NCBI RefSeq assembly: GCF_035084215.1
Contig: NC_090339.1
Location: 16,616,001 to 16,680,000 of the forward strand
DNA length: 64,000 bases
From: Heptranchias perlo
Lineage: Eukaryota
Direction of reading: 5' to 3'
In this document: piece by piece, positions 12,166-25,110 of the stretch
Layout of the letters: every line of letters starts with the position of its first letter
Position numbering within the stretch: the stretch's first letter is position 1
Translations under genes and position numbers: made by a program
The notes under the pieces: model-generated
Told to the model about the DNA's origin: nothing
What the model saw: the letters and a program-made list of their open reading frames with translations, nothing else
Database searches by the model: none

Positions 12166-13730
12166 TCCAGAAATGCACTTTGGTAACAACGCAGTTCATG
12201 AAGTGGTTTGAGAATGTGTCAAAAATCCTGCTCAGTTTAGAGATGGGGGAGTCCACAAGCCGCTCTGTGCAGTGCTAGGTTAAAGGCGCTATATAAATGC
12301 AAGTTGTAGTTGTTGCATGTCCACCTGACTCAGCTGCAGACCAGCAGAACTCCAGGTACCTCTGCAGCAAACCTTTCATGGATGAGGTCCAAAGCTCAGG
12401 CAAAGTTTCCATCATGACGTGCTTTCACTGGGGCTCCAATCTACAGTAGATGGGGAACAGGTAAGGCAAGGCTTCACAGCTGTCCACAGCCTCCTCTCAC
12501 GGATTTCTGGACATACTGAGTGAGTGTTTGGAATAACCCAGCAGCATAAAACTACAGGGCAATGGTTACCACTGACTGAGTCATCCCTCGATCTGCCTGC
12601 TGGATATTGCAAAGTTTGTCACGACCTCCTTGTGCAATAGCAGTTTCTACATGCAGACCCTTCGGACATATCCAGCATTGGTTGCCTTGGCCTGTGTACA
12701 GGAGTGGCGGTGTAAGAGCAGGTTAGAACTTAGATAGCTTTAGGTGCATATGCTATGGGTGGTGGACATCAGCCTCATGAAGAAATTTGGACAAGGGACC
12801 ACAGGGCAACCACCACTCTTGGGACTGTACCGCTGCAAGAAGTCAACATGTTCAAGGAAGCAGAAGAAAAATAATTGGTGAGAAAAGGAAAGGAAAAAAA
12901 CTGCTTAACAAAGACACATATTCTCACTGGAGAAATACTGTTGTCATACTGGTGGAGCCCATGACTTATGGCACTTTCATACAGTTATCTGGGAAAAACA
13001 GTAAGGAATTGTCATCATCCATAGCTACTCAGTAAGCAAATGGAATTTTAACTGCTTTCTACACACTGCCTGTCTTTCCTGCCATTATACTATTTTCTAA
13101 TATTGAGGTGATGAATCTGTGCTGCCCTTTTCCCAGTTTGCTTTAAAAATTCTAGATTGTTTAAAAAAAATTGTAAGTGTGGCATTCAAAGTATTTAAGG
13201 AAGAAAACAGTTTTTTGTAATATTTATGCTGTCTTTCAAAATGTCCTCATAAGTATATAATAATAATTAAAAATTGCAATGGCATGATTAATGCAGTGGT
13301 TTAGAGAAATGTGGATTCCTAACTATTACTTTTATATAACCATTGTCATAAATAAGCGGGGCAGATTACGCTGCCAACCATGGATTATCCTTTGTATACC
13401 TGGTATAAAATATTCATGCTCTTTGCTGTCTATTTTACATATTGTGAATAATGAGCCAGGTAAAGCTCATTTAGAAAAAGCTACTGGCTGGTATTAAATA
13501 AAACATAACACAGAAGCTCATTGATGAAGTCTATCAGTAAAACCTGGGGTATAAATGGCTGCAGATGTCTCAAATCAATACTTAACATCTAGGTGCACTG
13601 TCAACAATGTTTTGCATAAAACCCTGAGTGCAGTTCAGTCAATCTGTAACCACCATTTGCACCACAGACCAAATTGAAACTTACTTCAACCTAATTTGAA
13701 TTACTACACTGTCTGTAGTGTGAAAGAAAG

Positions 13731-14087
13731 AAATAACTTGCATTTAGATAGCGCCTTTCACAACCTCAGAACATCCCAAAGCACTTCACGGCCAATTAAT
13801 TACTTTGCATACAGCAAGGTCCCACAAACTGCTTTGAGATAAATCACCAGATAATATGCTTCAGCGATGTTGATTAAGGGCACCGGGGAGAACTCACTTG
13901 CTGTTCTTCGAATAGTGCCATGGGATCCTTTATGTCCACCTGAGAGGGCAGACAGGGCCTCAGTTTAATGTCTCATCTGAAAGACAGCACCTGCGACAGT
14001 GCAGCGCTCCCTCAGTACTGCACTGAAGTATCAGCCTAGCTAATTTGACTGAGGCAGACACTGCTACAACTGAGCCAAGGCTCACAC
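13731..14087 (-). mobile_element. tRNA-derived SINE with Deu-type core and L2-like tail
   Basis: Core ATAGTGCCATGGGATC..CCACCTGAGAGGGCAGAC (revcomp of a Deu-type core). Tail matches the L2 3' end. Family assigned by recognition only. Confidence 0.8.
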
Positions 14088-14142
14088 AAATGGTGCACAT
14101 GGTGCAGACACTGTTCCTTGATTAGACAATGAGAGTTCTAAG

Positions 14143-14362
14143 AAAGAAAGAACTTGCATTTATATTGCACCTTTCACGACCTCAGGACATCCCAAAACAA
14201 TGAAGTACTTTTGAAATGTAGTCACTGTTGTGATGTAGGGAAATGTAGCAGCCAATTTGCGCACAGCAAGGTCCCACAAAAAGAAATGTGATAATGAACC
14301 AGATAATCTGTTCTACTGATTTTGGTTGAGGGATAAATATTCAGGACACTGGGGAGAACTGA
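14143..14362 (-). mobile_element. Same SINE family, 3' part
   Basis: Homologous to 13731-13900 and 53415-53640. Confidence 0.8.
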
Positions 14363-14397
14363 TCATGCTGGGGCTGGAGTGGAAAGAACACTCCAGC

Positions 14398-15035
14398 CTC
14401 AGCCATATAAATACTGTGGTTACAAAAGCAGGTCAGAGGCTGGGTATTCTGCGGCGAGTGACTCACCTCCTGACGCCCCAAAGCCTTTCCACCATCTACA
14501 AGGCACAAGTCAGGAGTGTGATGGAATACTCTCCACTTGCCTGGATGAGTGCAGCTCCAACAACACTCAAGAAGCTCGACACCATCCAGGACAAAGCAGC
14601 CTGCTTGATTAGCACCCCATCCACCACCCTAAACATTCACTCCCTTCACCACCAGCACATAGTGGCTGCAGTATGTACCATCCACAGGATGCACTGCAGC
14701 TACTTGCCAAGGCTTCTTCAACAGCACCTCCCAAACCCGCGACCTCTACCATCTAGAAGAACAAGAGCAGCAGGCACATGGGAACAACACCACCTGCACG
14801 TTCCCCTCCAAGTCACACACCATCCCGACTTGGAAATATATCACCTTTCCTTCATCGTCGCTGGGTCAAAATCTTGGAACTCCCTTCCTAAAAGCACTGT
14901 GGGAGAACCGTCACCACACGGACTGCAGCGGTTCAAGAAGGCGGCTCACCACCACCTTCTCAAGGGCAATTAAGGATAGGCAATAAATGCCGGCCTCGCC
15001 AGCGACGCCCACATCCCATGAACGAATAAAAAAAA
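14398..15035 (+). mobile_element. Non-LTR retrotransposon (CR1/L2 group, poly-A-tailed family), 5'-truncated
   Basis: KAGQRLGILRR, IYKAQVRSVMEYSPLAW. 3' end CACCACCTTCTCAAGGGCAATT...GAACGAATAAAAAAA. Confidence 0.9.
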
Positions 15036-15105
15036 GACTAAATGTTGTAGAAGCAGGGTGCAAGTATTGGAGCTTACCATTTCCTTTGCACCTTTTATAC
15101 AACAT

Positions 15106-16650
15106 AGGGGTAATTTTCGGTTGGAATGCTATTCGGGCAGGCAGTGGGCATGGCGTACATGGTGGCCACCCTGAGGAGTCATCATAGGCCCCGTGCAGGT
15201 TAATCTGATTTTCAACAGAGCCTGAAGGTTCTCCAATGTGGCAGTGAAGATATTGATAGAACAGGAAGGAGATCCTCTTCCCTTCTAAGAATTATAGAAT
15301 GGTTACAGCACAGAAGGAGGCCATTCGGCCCATCGAGCCCTCTTTTGACGGGAAATAGGTGCCAAGACAAATTAATCAACACACTTGGAGAGAGGTGGCA
15401 GCGAATATGAATGGCACCAGCATTGATCACACTTGCTGTGTCTTCTTGTCATCGTGCACACTATGCCAAGCTGCCTCATGTTGAAAACCTTTCAGCAGGG
15501 CACATATTAACCCACTTCCACTCTTCTTGCAGGAGAAGCTGGCACACAACAGATGGGGCAGTACAAGAACAGAAGGAGGTCCTGCCACTCTAAGACTGAC
15601 ACCAATAGGATAGGCTGCCATTGACATTATTGGCAGACAAAGGGGATGCAGCATTGGAGATGGTGAGGCTGGGAGCATGGCACAGGGTGTTTGGGCATCT
15701 TCCCTTCCTTTTATCCTTCTACTTAACTCCTTCCGTTACATACTTACACAGTCACACACGCAGCACGACAACCTGGTGGTGCATTGCGCTGCTTATTCTT
15801 GCCACCATATGCAAACTCTTGACCCTCTCTCCTTTTTCTAGGTCCATCCGACAACTCTGGCCTTCCAGTCATACAGACTGAGGAAGAGAACCTTCCAGAA
15901 GATGCAACCTCACTTGCTCTTTCTTTCCAAGCACAAGCATAGAAATCGGCACAAATTGTGAGTTAGAAGCTTCTGGAATGGGTAATTCAACGAGCACAAA
16001 TGGGCAGTTGCAAGTGGCAAGATCTCTTGGGAAAGTGCTCACTGAGGGGTCAGCTCATGTCCCAGCTCAGTTAAAGAGGACAGGAATGCGGCCTTTAGAG
16101 GAACAACCTTTAAAAGAAAAATGCTACCTGTGCACCAACATTTGGTGAATGCATTGGATAGCCTGACAAGAAGCTTCTGTAACATGTAAGAGAGTGTGGA
16201 GGAGTCCATGACCAACTTGTGTGGAGTTCTGGGACATGGCATCAATACTCTGCAGTCAACCATGGGGCACGGGGGACCTCAGTGGAAATTGCAGCCCAGC
16301 CCACTCTTGTCTGTGGCATCAGTAACGGCATCTCTGAACAGGCTGGGAGACCAAATGGATTAGAGCTTCAATCGGATAATGGATGTCCTACAGTCTAGTG
16401 TCCCACAGATTAGTAGGAAGGCTGAGTTGCAGCCTAGTAGCATAGACCGTCTTGCAATGTAAATGGGACCATGTGGCCATCTCTCGTGATGACAGCATAT
16501 CTGGACCCTGGCCGACGCTTAACCAATGCTCACCCTGGTGGCAGAAATCCAGCTAGACCAGTTTGCACTGGCAGCCGCTGATTTCATGAAGACTGCAGTT
16601 GTTGGCCTCTCAGGCCCCAGCTCCATGGTGTCGCTAGTCACGGTGTTATT
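15106..16650 (+). pseudogene. Old Harbinger Myb-like gene relic with a G-rich terminus
   Basis: GGGGTAATTTTCGG end, RFS..AVKILIE, EILFP, TWREVAANMNGTS. Acceptor TTCTTGCAG then EKLAHN...RTEGGP at ~15533. A short CR1 tail is inserted at ~15290-15340. Confidence 0.6.
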
Positions 16651-16844
16651 TTTCTAAGGCTAAGAGTCAGTTAACCTGTGGAATTTACTGACAAGGAGAT
16701 CAGAGCTGAACTGATGGATCACAACCCAAATGGAATGAGGGGTGCTATAATCTTCCTTGGTGACCCTGGGTTGGGGAGGCGAAAAATCAGACAGGAATCC
16801 TGCTCCTGACCATTTCCTCGCGATCCTTGCTGGAAGTGTATGTG

Positions 16845-17558
16845 TGGAGAGACCTTGGAGTGCATGTGCACAGGTCCCTGAAGATGGCAGTACAGGTAGA
16901 TAAGGTTGTGAAGAAGGCATACGGAATGCTCTCCGTTATTAGCCAAGGTATAGAATACAAAAGCAGGGATGTAATGATGGAACTGTATAAAACGCTGGTA
17001 AGGCCACAGCTGGAGTATTATGCGCAGTTCTGGTCACCACATTACAGGAAGGACGTAATTGCTCTGCAGAGAGTGCAGAGAAGATTTACAAGAATGTTGC
17101 CAGGGCTTGAAAATTGCAACTATGAGGAGAGATTGGATAGGCTGGGGTTGTTTTCCTTGGAGCAGCGGAGGCTGAGGGGTGACTTGATTGAGGTGTACAA
17201 ACTTATGAGCGGCCCGGATAGAGTAGACAGGAAGTACCTGTTTCCCCTAGCGGAGAGTTCAAGAACTGGAGGACATAGATTTAAGCTGATTGGCGGAAGA
17301 TTAGAGGGGACATGAGGAAAAACTTTTTTACCCAGAGGTGGTGGGTGTATGGAATTCGCTGCCCGAATTGGTGCTAGAGGCAGGGACCCTCAACTCTTTT
17401 AAAAAGTACCTGGACCTAAAGTGCTGTAAGCTGCAGGGCTACGGACTGGGTGCTGGAAGGTGGGATTAGAATGGGCACCTGGTTGTTCTTTGAGCCGACG
17501 CGGACACAATGGGCTGAATGGCCCCCTTCTGTGCTGTATCTTTTCTATGGTTCTATGG
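16845..17558 (+). mobile_element. CR1 LINE, 5'-truncated
   Basis: RDLGVHVHRSLK...LVRPQLEY...RGDLIEVYK with a TTCTATGG tail. Confidence 0.93.
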
Positions 17559-17619
17559 AGACTGGATGAGCACTGCTCCCACTGGTTGTATGGCCAACAG
17601 CAATCACTGTCTCTCCCCG

Positions 17620-17878
17620 ATTTCCTTTGCCCCACCATTGGCAGCCGTGCCTTCAGCTGTCTAGGCCCTAAGCTCTGGAATTCCCTCCCTAAACCTCTCC
17701 ACCTCTCTCCACTCCTTTAGTACACTCCTTAAAACCTACCTCTTTGACCAAACTTTTGGTCACCTGTCCTAATATCTCCTCATGTGACTCGGTGTCAAAT
17801 TTTATTTGAGAATCGCTCCTGTGAAGCGCCTTAGGATGTTTTACTATGTTATAGATACTATATAAATGCAAGTTGTTT
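17620..17878 (+). mobile_element. L2-type LINE 3' end
   Basis: IGSRAFSCLGPKLWNSLP, then CTCCTGTGAAGCGCC...TATATAAATGCAAGTTGTT. Confidence 0.88.
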
Positions 17879-18033
17879 TCTAGCCTCACACATGAAGAAT
17901 GCTCGCCTGCAAAGTTACCAAAGGACAACCAGTTAATATGGAACTATACCACAGCAAAGAGTCAGCATCTTCAGATAGAGAGGAGGTGAGAATAAAATCA
18001 GAATTTCCACCATAACGCACAGAAAATCAAAAA

Positions 18034-18072
18034 ACACTCAGACGCACACATACACACACACATACGCACGAT
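18034..18072 (+). repeat. Imperfect (CA)n microsatellite
   Basis: CACACATACACACACACATACGCAC. Confidence 0.7.
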
Positions 18073-19069
18073 GCAAACCCACATATTCTTTGATCACCGT
18101 GCAGTTGTGTATGAAATTTTGTTTACTGCAAAACTGCCCTTTTATATAGTATATTTCAAGAATGGATGTTAATTAATTCACATTCACTGTGAATGATCAC
18201 TGTCAGCACAACCCAAATTATGGAGAGAAGTTGGAGATAGAACTGCAGAAAAGGATTAATAAAAACAACAAGTCAGCTTAAAGGTTAACAGAATCATTAG
18301 ATCTATTCAGCAGAGTATTATGGTTTTGGGAATCATTATTCTTTTGGTCGTCGTTGTTATCCTGTTGCTATGGATATTATTTTTAGCACATGTGCAGAAT
18401 ATCTTGTATAGTACTTCAAAATTCTGAATGTCAGTTTCATTATTCTTTAATGCAGGCTGTTCAGAATGTGACCCCTGCTTGTTCTACTTATCAAATCACA
18501 GAATTGTAGAAATTACAGCATAAAAGAAGGCCATTTAGCTCATCGGGCCTGTGCTAATACTAGATTATTCCTATTTAAAATTTTCCAGTACCTTTAAGTA
18601 TAAAAAAAGCTATATACGTATAAATCTACATACACAAAAAGGGGCTGATAATGCAATGATGGGCACCTGTAGCACTGCTCAGCCCTGCTCAGTGTCCATT
18701 AAGCATCATGCTGTTTAATATGATCCAGAAGCGCACTAGGTCTGAAAAACCCATGCACCTATTTTTGAATCAGGTTCATTAAAGGTTCCCCAACAATGCT
18801 GATGAGGTCCTAACCCCATAGTGCAGCCGAAGCACCTGCAAAGCACTCCAGACACTCAGCCCCCATTTGAAACAGGTGCAGCAAGGGAGGCACATTGGTC
18901 CTTTCCCTTAAAGTACACTCATATGTTTTTACTTGTAGCAAGTAGCTGCTCTGCTTCCACCAGTTTGAGTGCTATTTTACTGTTGAACTGTATTTCTAAA
19001 TGTCAACGTACTAAGTGCTTCTTAAAGTTTCAATCTGCTATCTGTGCCTATTTCCCCAAGGAAGTGTCA

Positions 19070-19490
19070 TCATCTGCCGTCTATCGAGGAGCAACGGGTA
19101 TCCCTGTTCCTTTACTTGCAGGTCCTGGAGGAGAAAGAAGAGGATCAGAGAAGTTAGGGCAGGTTGGCGCTGTCATTGTGCTGTCTTGAATTTTTATGCA
19201 GCTGGGTCCTTCCTAGGAGACCCAGGAGATGCATGTGAAATTTTCAAACCTGCAGTGCACAGATACATCATGCAGGTCACAGATGACTTATTTGCCTGCT
19301 GAATTCATCAATTTCCCCACGAAAGATAAACAATGACATGAAATAGCCCTGCACTTTTACCATCTGGCTGGATTCAATAAACGGCAGTGATTAATTGACA
19401 GTAAGCATGTGGTGATTTGGGCCCCTATCCAAACGCCATCCACTTTAGGAACAGAGAGGAATTCGACTTCATGAATGTGCAGCTAGTCGA
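19070..19490 (+). pseudogene. Old Harbinger transposase relic, cut by a CR1
   Basis: LNFYAAGSFLGDPGDACEIFKPAVHRYIMQVTDDLFA, ID.KHVVIWAP, FRNREEFDFMNVQLV. Confidence 0.8.
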
Positions 19491-19494
19491 AATC

Positions 19495-20305
19495 GGAAGT
19501 ACAATTTCAAAATTTGCGGACAACTCCAAATTGAGGGGTGTAGTTAATAAGAAGGAAGAATGCGTCAAAATCCAAGAAAACATTAATAAACTTGCAGAAT
19601 GGGCATGTAATTGCAAATTAATTTCAATATAGATAAGTGTGAGGTGGTGCATTTTGGTAAGAAGAATAAGAAGGCCACACACTACTTGGATAATAAGAGT
19701 CTAAATGGGGTAGAGGAGCAAAGGGATCTAGGGGTACAGATACACAAATCACTAAAAGTAGTGATGCAGGTTAATAAGGCCATAAAAAAAAACAAAGCAC
19801 TGGGGTTCATTTCTAGAGGGATAGAATTGAAAAGCAGGGAAGTTATGTTAAACTTGTATAGAACCTTGATTAGACCACACGTGGAGTACTGTGCGTAGTC
19901 CTGGTCTCCATATTATAAAAAGCATATAGAGGCATTGGAGAAGGTACAAAAAAGATTTTAAACGATGATACCAGAAATTAGAGGTTATACCTATCAGGAA
20001 AGATTGAGCAGGCTGGGGATCTTTTCTCTAGAAAAGAGACGACTGAGAGGTGATTTGATGGAGGTCCTTAAGATTATGAAAGGGTTTGATAGCGTAGAGA
20101 TAGAGAAGATGTTTCTACTCGTGGGGAAGACCAAAACTAGGGGCCATAAATATAAGATAGTCACTAATAATTCCAATAGGGAATTCAGGAGAAACTTCTT
20201 TACCCAGAGAGCAGTTAGAATGTGGAACTCGCTACCTCAAGGAGCAACTGAGGCAAATAGCGTAGATGCATTTAAGGGGAAGCTAGTTGAACACATGAGG
20301 GAGAA
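19495..20305 (+). mobile_element. CR1 LINE fragment
   Basis: ISKFADNSKL, QRDLGVQIH, LIRPHVEYC, FFTQRAVRMWNSLP. Confidence 0.93.
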
Positions 20306-20747
20306 ATGTGCTGTACATTCTATGTAGATCTATGTAATTGACTGAGAGCAGAGCTATGATAATCAACTTCTCACGGTTTTGGCAAGGCAATTGGCGGAGC
20401 AACACGAAAGCCCAAGGAAATTGTGGCGTGGAGTGAATAATAGCCTAACTCAATTACGCCATAATTCCTGGTACTTTCATGCTGGAAAATGAACCCAAGA
20501 CTGCAGATGAGCCATTACAGTGGCTCAAGTCTCCAGGAAAGTCTAGGCCATTGTAACTAGGGGCAGAGGCACTGCAGCTCCCAGTTTCCTGCTTTTATAT
20601 TCGCAATGCACTCAGGGTAATTCAGACTGAGAATTATACGGCATAGCTGCTGCCAGGATCAGCTGAGTCAGGCGGAAGTGAGGAGTTTCTGGACCTGAAG
20701 AGTTTGGAGAGTTTCACTAGTGAGTTCCACTGGTTCTCCCTTATCTA

Positions 20748-21405
20748 TTCTAACAGTTCCCTGTTTCCTCTCTCCCTCCTTTTGTAAATAGTGGGGTTAC
20801 ATTTGCCACCCTCCAATCTGCAGGAACTGTTCCATAATCTATAGAATTTTGGAAGATGACAACTAATGCATCCACTATTTCCATGGCTACCTCTTTTAGT
20901 ACTCTGGGATGCAGATTATCAGGCCCTGGGGATTTATCAGCTTTCAGTCTCATTAATTTGGCCAGCACTATTTTTTTTACTAATATTAATTTCCTTTAAT
21001 TCCTCCTTCTCACTAGTCCCTTGGTTCCCTAGCATTTCTGGAAAGTTATTTGTGTCCTCTTTCATGAAGACAGAACCAAAGTATTTGTTTAATTGCTCTG
21101 CCATTTCCTTGTTCCCCATTGTAAATTCTCCCGTTTTTGACTGTAAGGGACCTACATTTGTCTTCACTAATCTTTTTCTTTTTACATACTTGTAGAAGTT
21201 TTTACAGTCGACTTTTATGGTCCTTGCAAGTTTACTCTCATACTCTATTTTCCCCTCTTAATCAATCTCTTGGTTCTTTTTTGCTGAATTCTAAACTGCT
21301 CCCAATCCTCAGGCTTGCTACTTTTTCTGGCAACTTCATATGACTCCTCTTTGGATCTAATTTCTTTTGTTAGCCATGGTTGGGCCGCTTTTCCTTTTGT
21401 ATTTT
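20748..21405 (-). mobile_element. CR1 LINE internal ORF2 fragment
   Basis: KSPGPDNLHPRVLKE, DWRVANVTPLF, QPWLTKE. Confidence 0.92.
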
Positions 21406-21599
21406 TGAGCCAGAACGATATGTTTTTGCACCAGAATAGAGACATGGCTTACAGATTTAACCTTCACTCAACACCACGCCCCCGCATAAGCAGGTATGAC
21501 ATTCCCTTTGGGCATACCCTTGTATGCCGTTATCAAGGGATTAGGAGGTGTAGCACAGGATGGAGCAAATAAGAGTCATGCAGCATTTGAAGAGGTTGC

Positions 21600-22170
21600 A
21601 CACCACCAACTATTACCCATCTCCTAGAATATAAAGGCAGCACAGGTCATATGAGGGCCCCAGTCAGGAGATGTGCATATGAGTGTGCTTCACCAAAGAG
21701 GCTCTGTCACCTAATGCACGAGGACCTGCAGCCATGCTTATCTGCTCGCACTACTCTTTCTGTGGCTATGAAGGTGACCATCACACTTAACTTTTATGGC
21801 ACTGGCTTATTTCAGGAACCACGGGGATCTCCGTGGTAACAGGCAGGCTGCAGCACGAGCATGCATTCATCAGGTCATTGATGTACTTTACAGGAAAGCT
21901 GGCAAATTCATCACCTTTGGCATCACAGCAAGGAACTAGCGAGGTAGGACCATCAAGTTTTAAAGGGTTGCTGGTTTTCCCAAGGTCTAGGGTGCATTCG
22001 ATGGCACCTATGTTACTTTGTGAGCTCTGATAGAAAACCCCCTCAACCACCTCAACAGGAAGGCCTTACACTCCCTCAATGTATAGACTGTGTATGTCAA
22101 CATGCAGAGGATCCTACAAATCAACACCAGATATGCTGGAAGTTGTCACAAAACATTCATCCTTCAAAAT
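21600..22170 (+). pseudogene. Old Harbinger transposase relic
   Basis: LSVAMKVTITLNFYGTGLFQ, AGFPKV*GAFDGTYV, LNRKALHSLNV*. Confidence 0.8.
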
Positions 22171-22191
22171 TAAATCTTCCTGAAAATAAAA

Positions 22192-23425
22192 ACATAGGAA
22201 GGGACATAGGAACAGAAGGAGGCCATTCAGCCCCTCGAGCATGTTCCACCATTCAATTAGACCATGGCTGATCTGTACCTAAATTGTGGCTGGAGTCATA
22301 CCTGGCACAAAGGAAGATGGTAGTGGTTGTTGGAGGCCAATCATCTCAGTCTCAGGACATCACTGCAGGAGTTCCTCAGGGCAGTGTCCCAGGCCCAACT
22401 ATCTTCAGCTGCTTCATCAATGAACATCCCTCCATTATAAGGTCAGAAGTGGGGATGCTTGCTGATGATTGCACAGTGTTCAGTTCCATTCGCAACCCCT
22501 CAGATAATAAAGCAGTCCGGGCTCGCATGCAGCAAGACCTGGACAACATCCAGGTTTGGGCTAATAAGTGGCAAGTAACATTCATGCCAGACAAGTGCCA
22601 GGCAATGACCATCTCCAACAAGAGAGTGTCCAACCACCTCCCCTTGACATTCAACGGCATTACCATCGCCAAATCCCCCACCATCAACATCCTGGGGGTC
22701 ACCATTGACCAGAAACTTAACTGGACCAGACACATAAATACTGTGGCTACAAGAGCAGGTCAGAGGCTGGGTATTCTGCGGCGAGTGACTCACCTCCTTA
22801 CTCCCCAAAGCTTTTCCACCATCTACAAGGCACAAGTCAGGAGTGTGATGGAATATTCTCCACTTGCCTGGATGAGTGCAGCTCCAACAACACTCAAGAA
22901 GCTCGACACCATTCAGGACAAAGCAGCCCGCTTGATTGGCACCCCATCCACCACCATAAACATTCACTCCCTTCACCACCAGCGCACTGTGGCTGCAGTG
23001 TCTACCATCCACAGGATGCACTGCAGCAACTCGCCAAGGCTTCTTCGACAGCACCTCCTAAACCCGCGACCTCTACCACCAAGAAGGACAAGGGCAGCAG
23101 GCACATGGGAACAACACCACCTGCACGTTCCCCTCCAAGTCACACACCATCCCGACTTGGAAATATATCGCCGTTCCTTGATCATCGTGGCTCAAAATCC
23201 TGGAACTCCCTTCCTAACAGCACTGTGGGAGAACCTTCACCACACAGACTGCAGCGGTTCAAGAAGGCGGCTCACCACCACCTTCTCAAGGGCAATTAGG
23301 GATGGGGAATTAAATGCTGGCCTTGCCAGCGACACCCACATCTTATGAACGAATAAAATAAAAGCCCATCTACCCGCTTGGGTTCCGTAATCCTTAATAT
23401 CGGTGCCGAACGAAAACCTACCAGT
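22192..23425 (-). mobile_element. CR1 3' fragment (22192-22283 and 23363-23425) split by the poly-A LINE
   Basis: CATAGGAA tail plus GGCCATTCAGCCCCTCGAG. CR1 3'UTR sequence resumes after the A-tail of the inserted LINE. Confidence 0.7.
22285..23362 (+). mobile_element. Poly-A-tailed non-LTR retrotransposon, RT C-terminal half
   Basis: ORF 22284..23348: WLESYL, AGVPQGSV.GP, LADDCT. Same 3' end as 14398-15035. Confidence 0.93.
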
Positions 23426-23609
23426 GAAATAACTGAACTCCTCAGTGAAGAAAATCAGGTCAATGGATAGCTTCTGGGTAATAAAGCCTACCCTCTACTC
23501 CCAGAGATAAGGCATTTGCACCACTTTTCCCAGGTTTCTGCTGCTCTTCTGCGATTGTTACAATGTATGATCAGAAGGACCCCTTTGGAAATTCCACCCA
23601 CCGCCCCCG

Positions 23610-23850
23610 TAATCTCAGTTGACACTTTAGTGCAGTGGTGAGGGAATGCTATATGGTCAGAGTTGCTGTTTTGTGAATGAGACATTAAACTGAGGCCCCG
23701 TCTGCATGCTCAGGTGGATGTGAAAGATTCTATGATCATCGAAGAAGAGCATGGGGTTCTCTTAATGTCCTGGCCAACATTCTTCCCTCAGCCAACACCA
23801 AGATTATCTGCCTATTCATTTATTTGATGTGTGTGTATCAACTGATTTAG
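23610..23850 (+). mobile_element. Deu-type SINE core fragment
   Basis: ATGAGACATTAAACTGAGGCCCCGTCTGC..CAGGTGGATGTGAAAGAT. Confidence 0.7.
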
Positions 23851-25110
23851 CAATTTTATTTGATGTGTTGGCTGCATGGCTAAAAAAAAATTACAGGAGG
23901 TGAAGATTTAATATTCAAAGCTTGAAGGTTTAATTCAACCCAAGAGTGAAAGGAACAGAGAGTTTGGGAGGGGGAATTGTCGGGTTGGAGGAGGTTACAG
24001 AGATGGGGTGAGGCCATGAAGGGATTTAAACGCAAAGATGAGAATTTTTAATTTGATGCATGGTGGGCACCACGAGCCAGTACTTTGTCACGATGTTTAG
24101 TCTATGCTATGGTCTAGTGATGAGTTTATTCTATTGCCTTCCAAAGTCAAGGACGATCACATGAGGGCACATGGTAGAGTCAGTAAGCCAAAATACAGTG
24201 AAGAGGATTCCAGTTCAACCCCCAGGCTCACCAGTCAGGATAACTAGAGATGGGCAATAAGTGTGGTCTTGCCAGCATCACCCACATTCTGAGAACAAAT
24301 TAAAATAAAATGACCCAGATATTAGGCAAGTTAAAGCATACTCTGAGTTATAAGGAGTGAGGGAACAAGACCTTGCTCAGGGAAATAGTCTGAAATGCTG
24401 AACCTGATAAAAATTTATAGAGTAAAGACTCAGAAACCTGAAGTGATGATGAAGGGAAAAGAATCCAAACCCTAAGTTTGGAGCTCTCAATACTAAACCC
24501 AGTAGTAAAATCAAATGTAAAAGTGCCATTTCATTCTGTAGAGCTGGAGCTGACAAACATAATGGGCCCGATTTTAGCACCCACTATCGGGTGCGTTCTC
24601 GGCGGGGGGCCCCCGAAAATCGCGAAATCCCGGAGTGGGACCGGATCCCGCCTCGATCCCACCCACTTCCGGGTTCCGTGCTGACGTGCGGGGGTGCGTG
24701 CGCATCCCCCGCTGGTGGGAATCCCGCAGGCAATTAAAGCCAGCGGGATGCCACTTGACAGTATTTATCTAGCTATTTCAGGTCATTAACTGACCTGATT
24801 CAGCTGTCTTATTAGGAAGGGTGGGATTTTTCCTTCAACTGAGACTGTTTCACATACTGGGGGAAACACTCTCACTCCAAACGGACGTGTTGCAGCCAGC
24901 AGCCTGTGGCAGCTGCCAAGGTGCACTCCACAGGGGGGGGTGGGGGGGGCAGACCCTTCACCAATGCAGGAGGCCACTCCGTCACATAGGGCAACGCCTG
25001 CCCTCCACCACCCCCCTCCCAGACAGAAGATACACCGACGTGGAACCGCAGCCCCAGTGCGAGGAAACACCTACCTACCGTGCACAACCCCTCAGACCTA
25101 CACCTGCCAG

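Larger units (their letters stand above)
10550..12750 (+). pseudogene. Old Harbinger Myb-like gene relic interrupted by SINE, CR1 and L2 pieces
   Basis: CTATTTAAAGGG, then ALEMLLEG...AWMEVVERVHAVSFVQ*TWEQ...LRKAAK followed by GTAAAA. Acceptor CTTGCAG at ~11080. The right limit is uncertain. Confidence 0.5.
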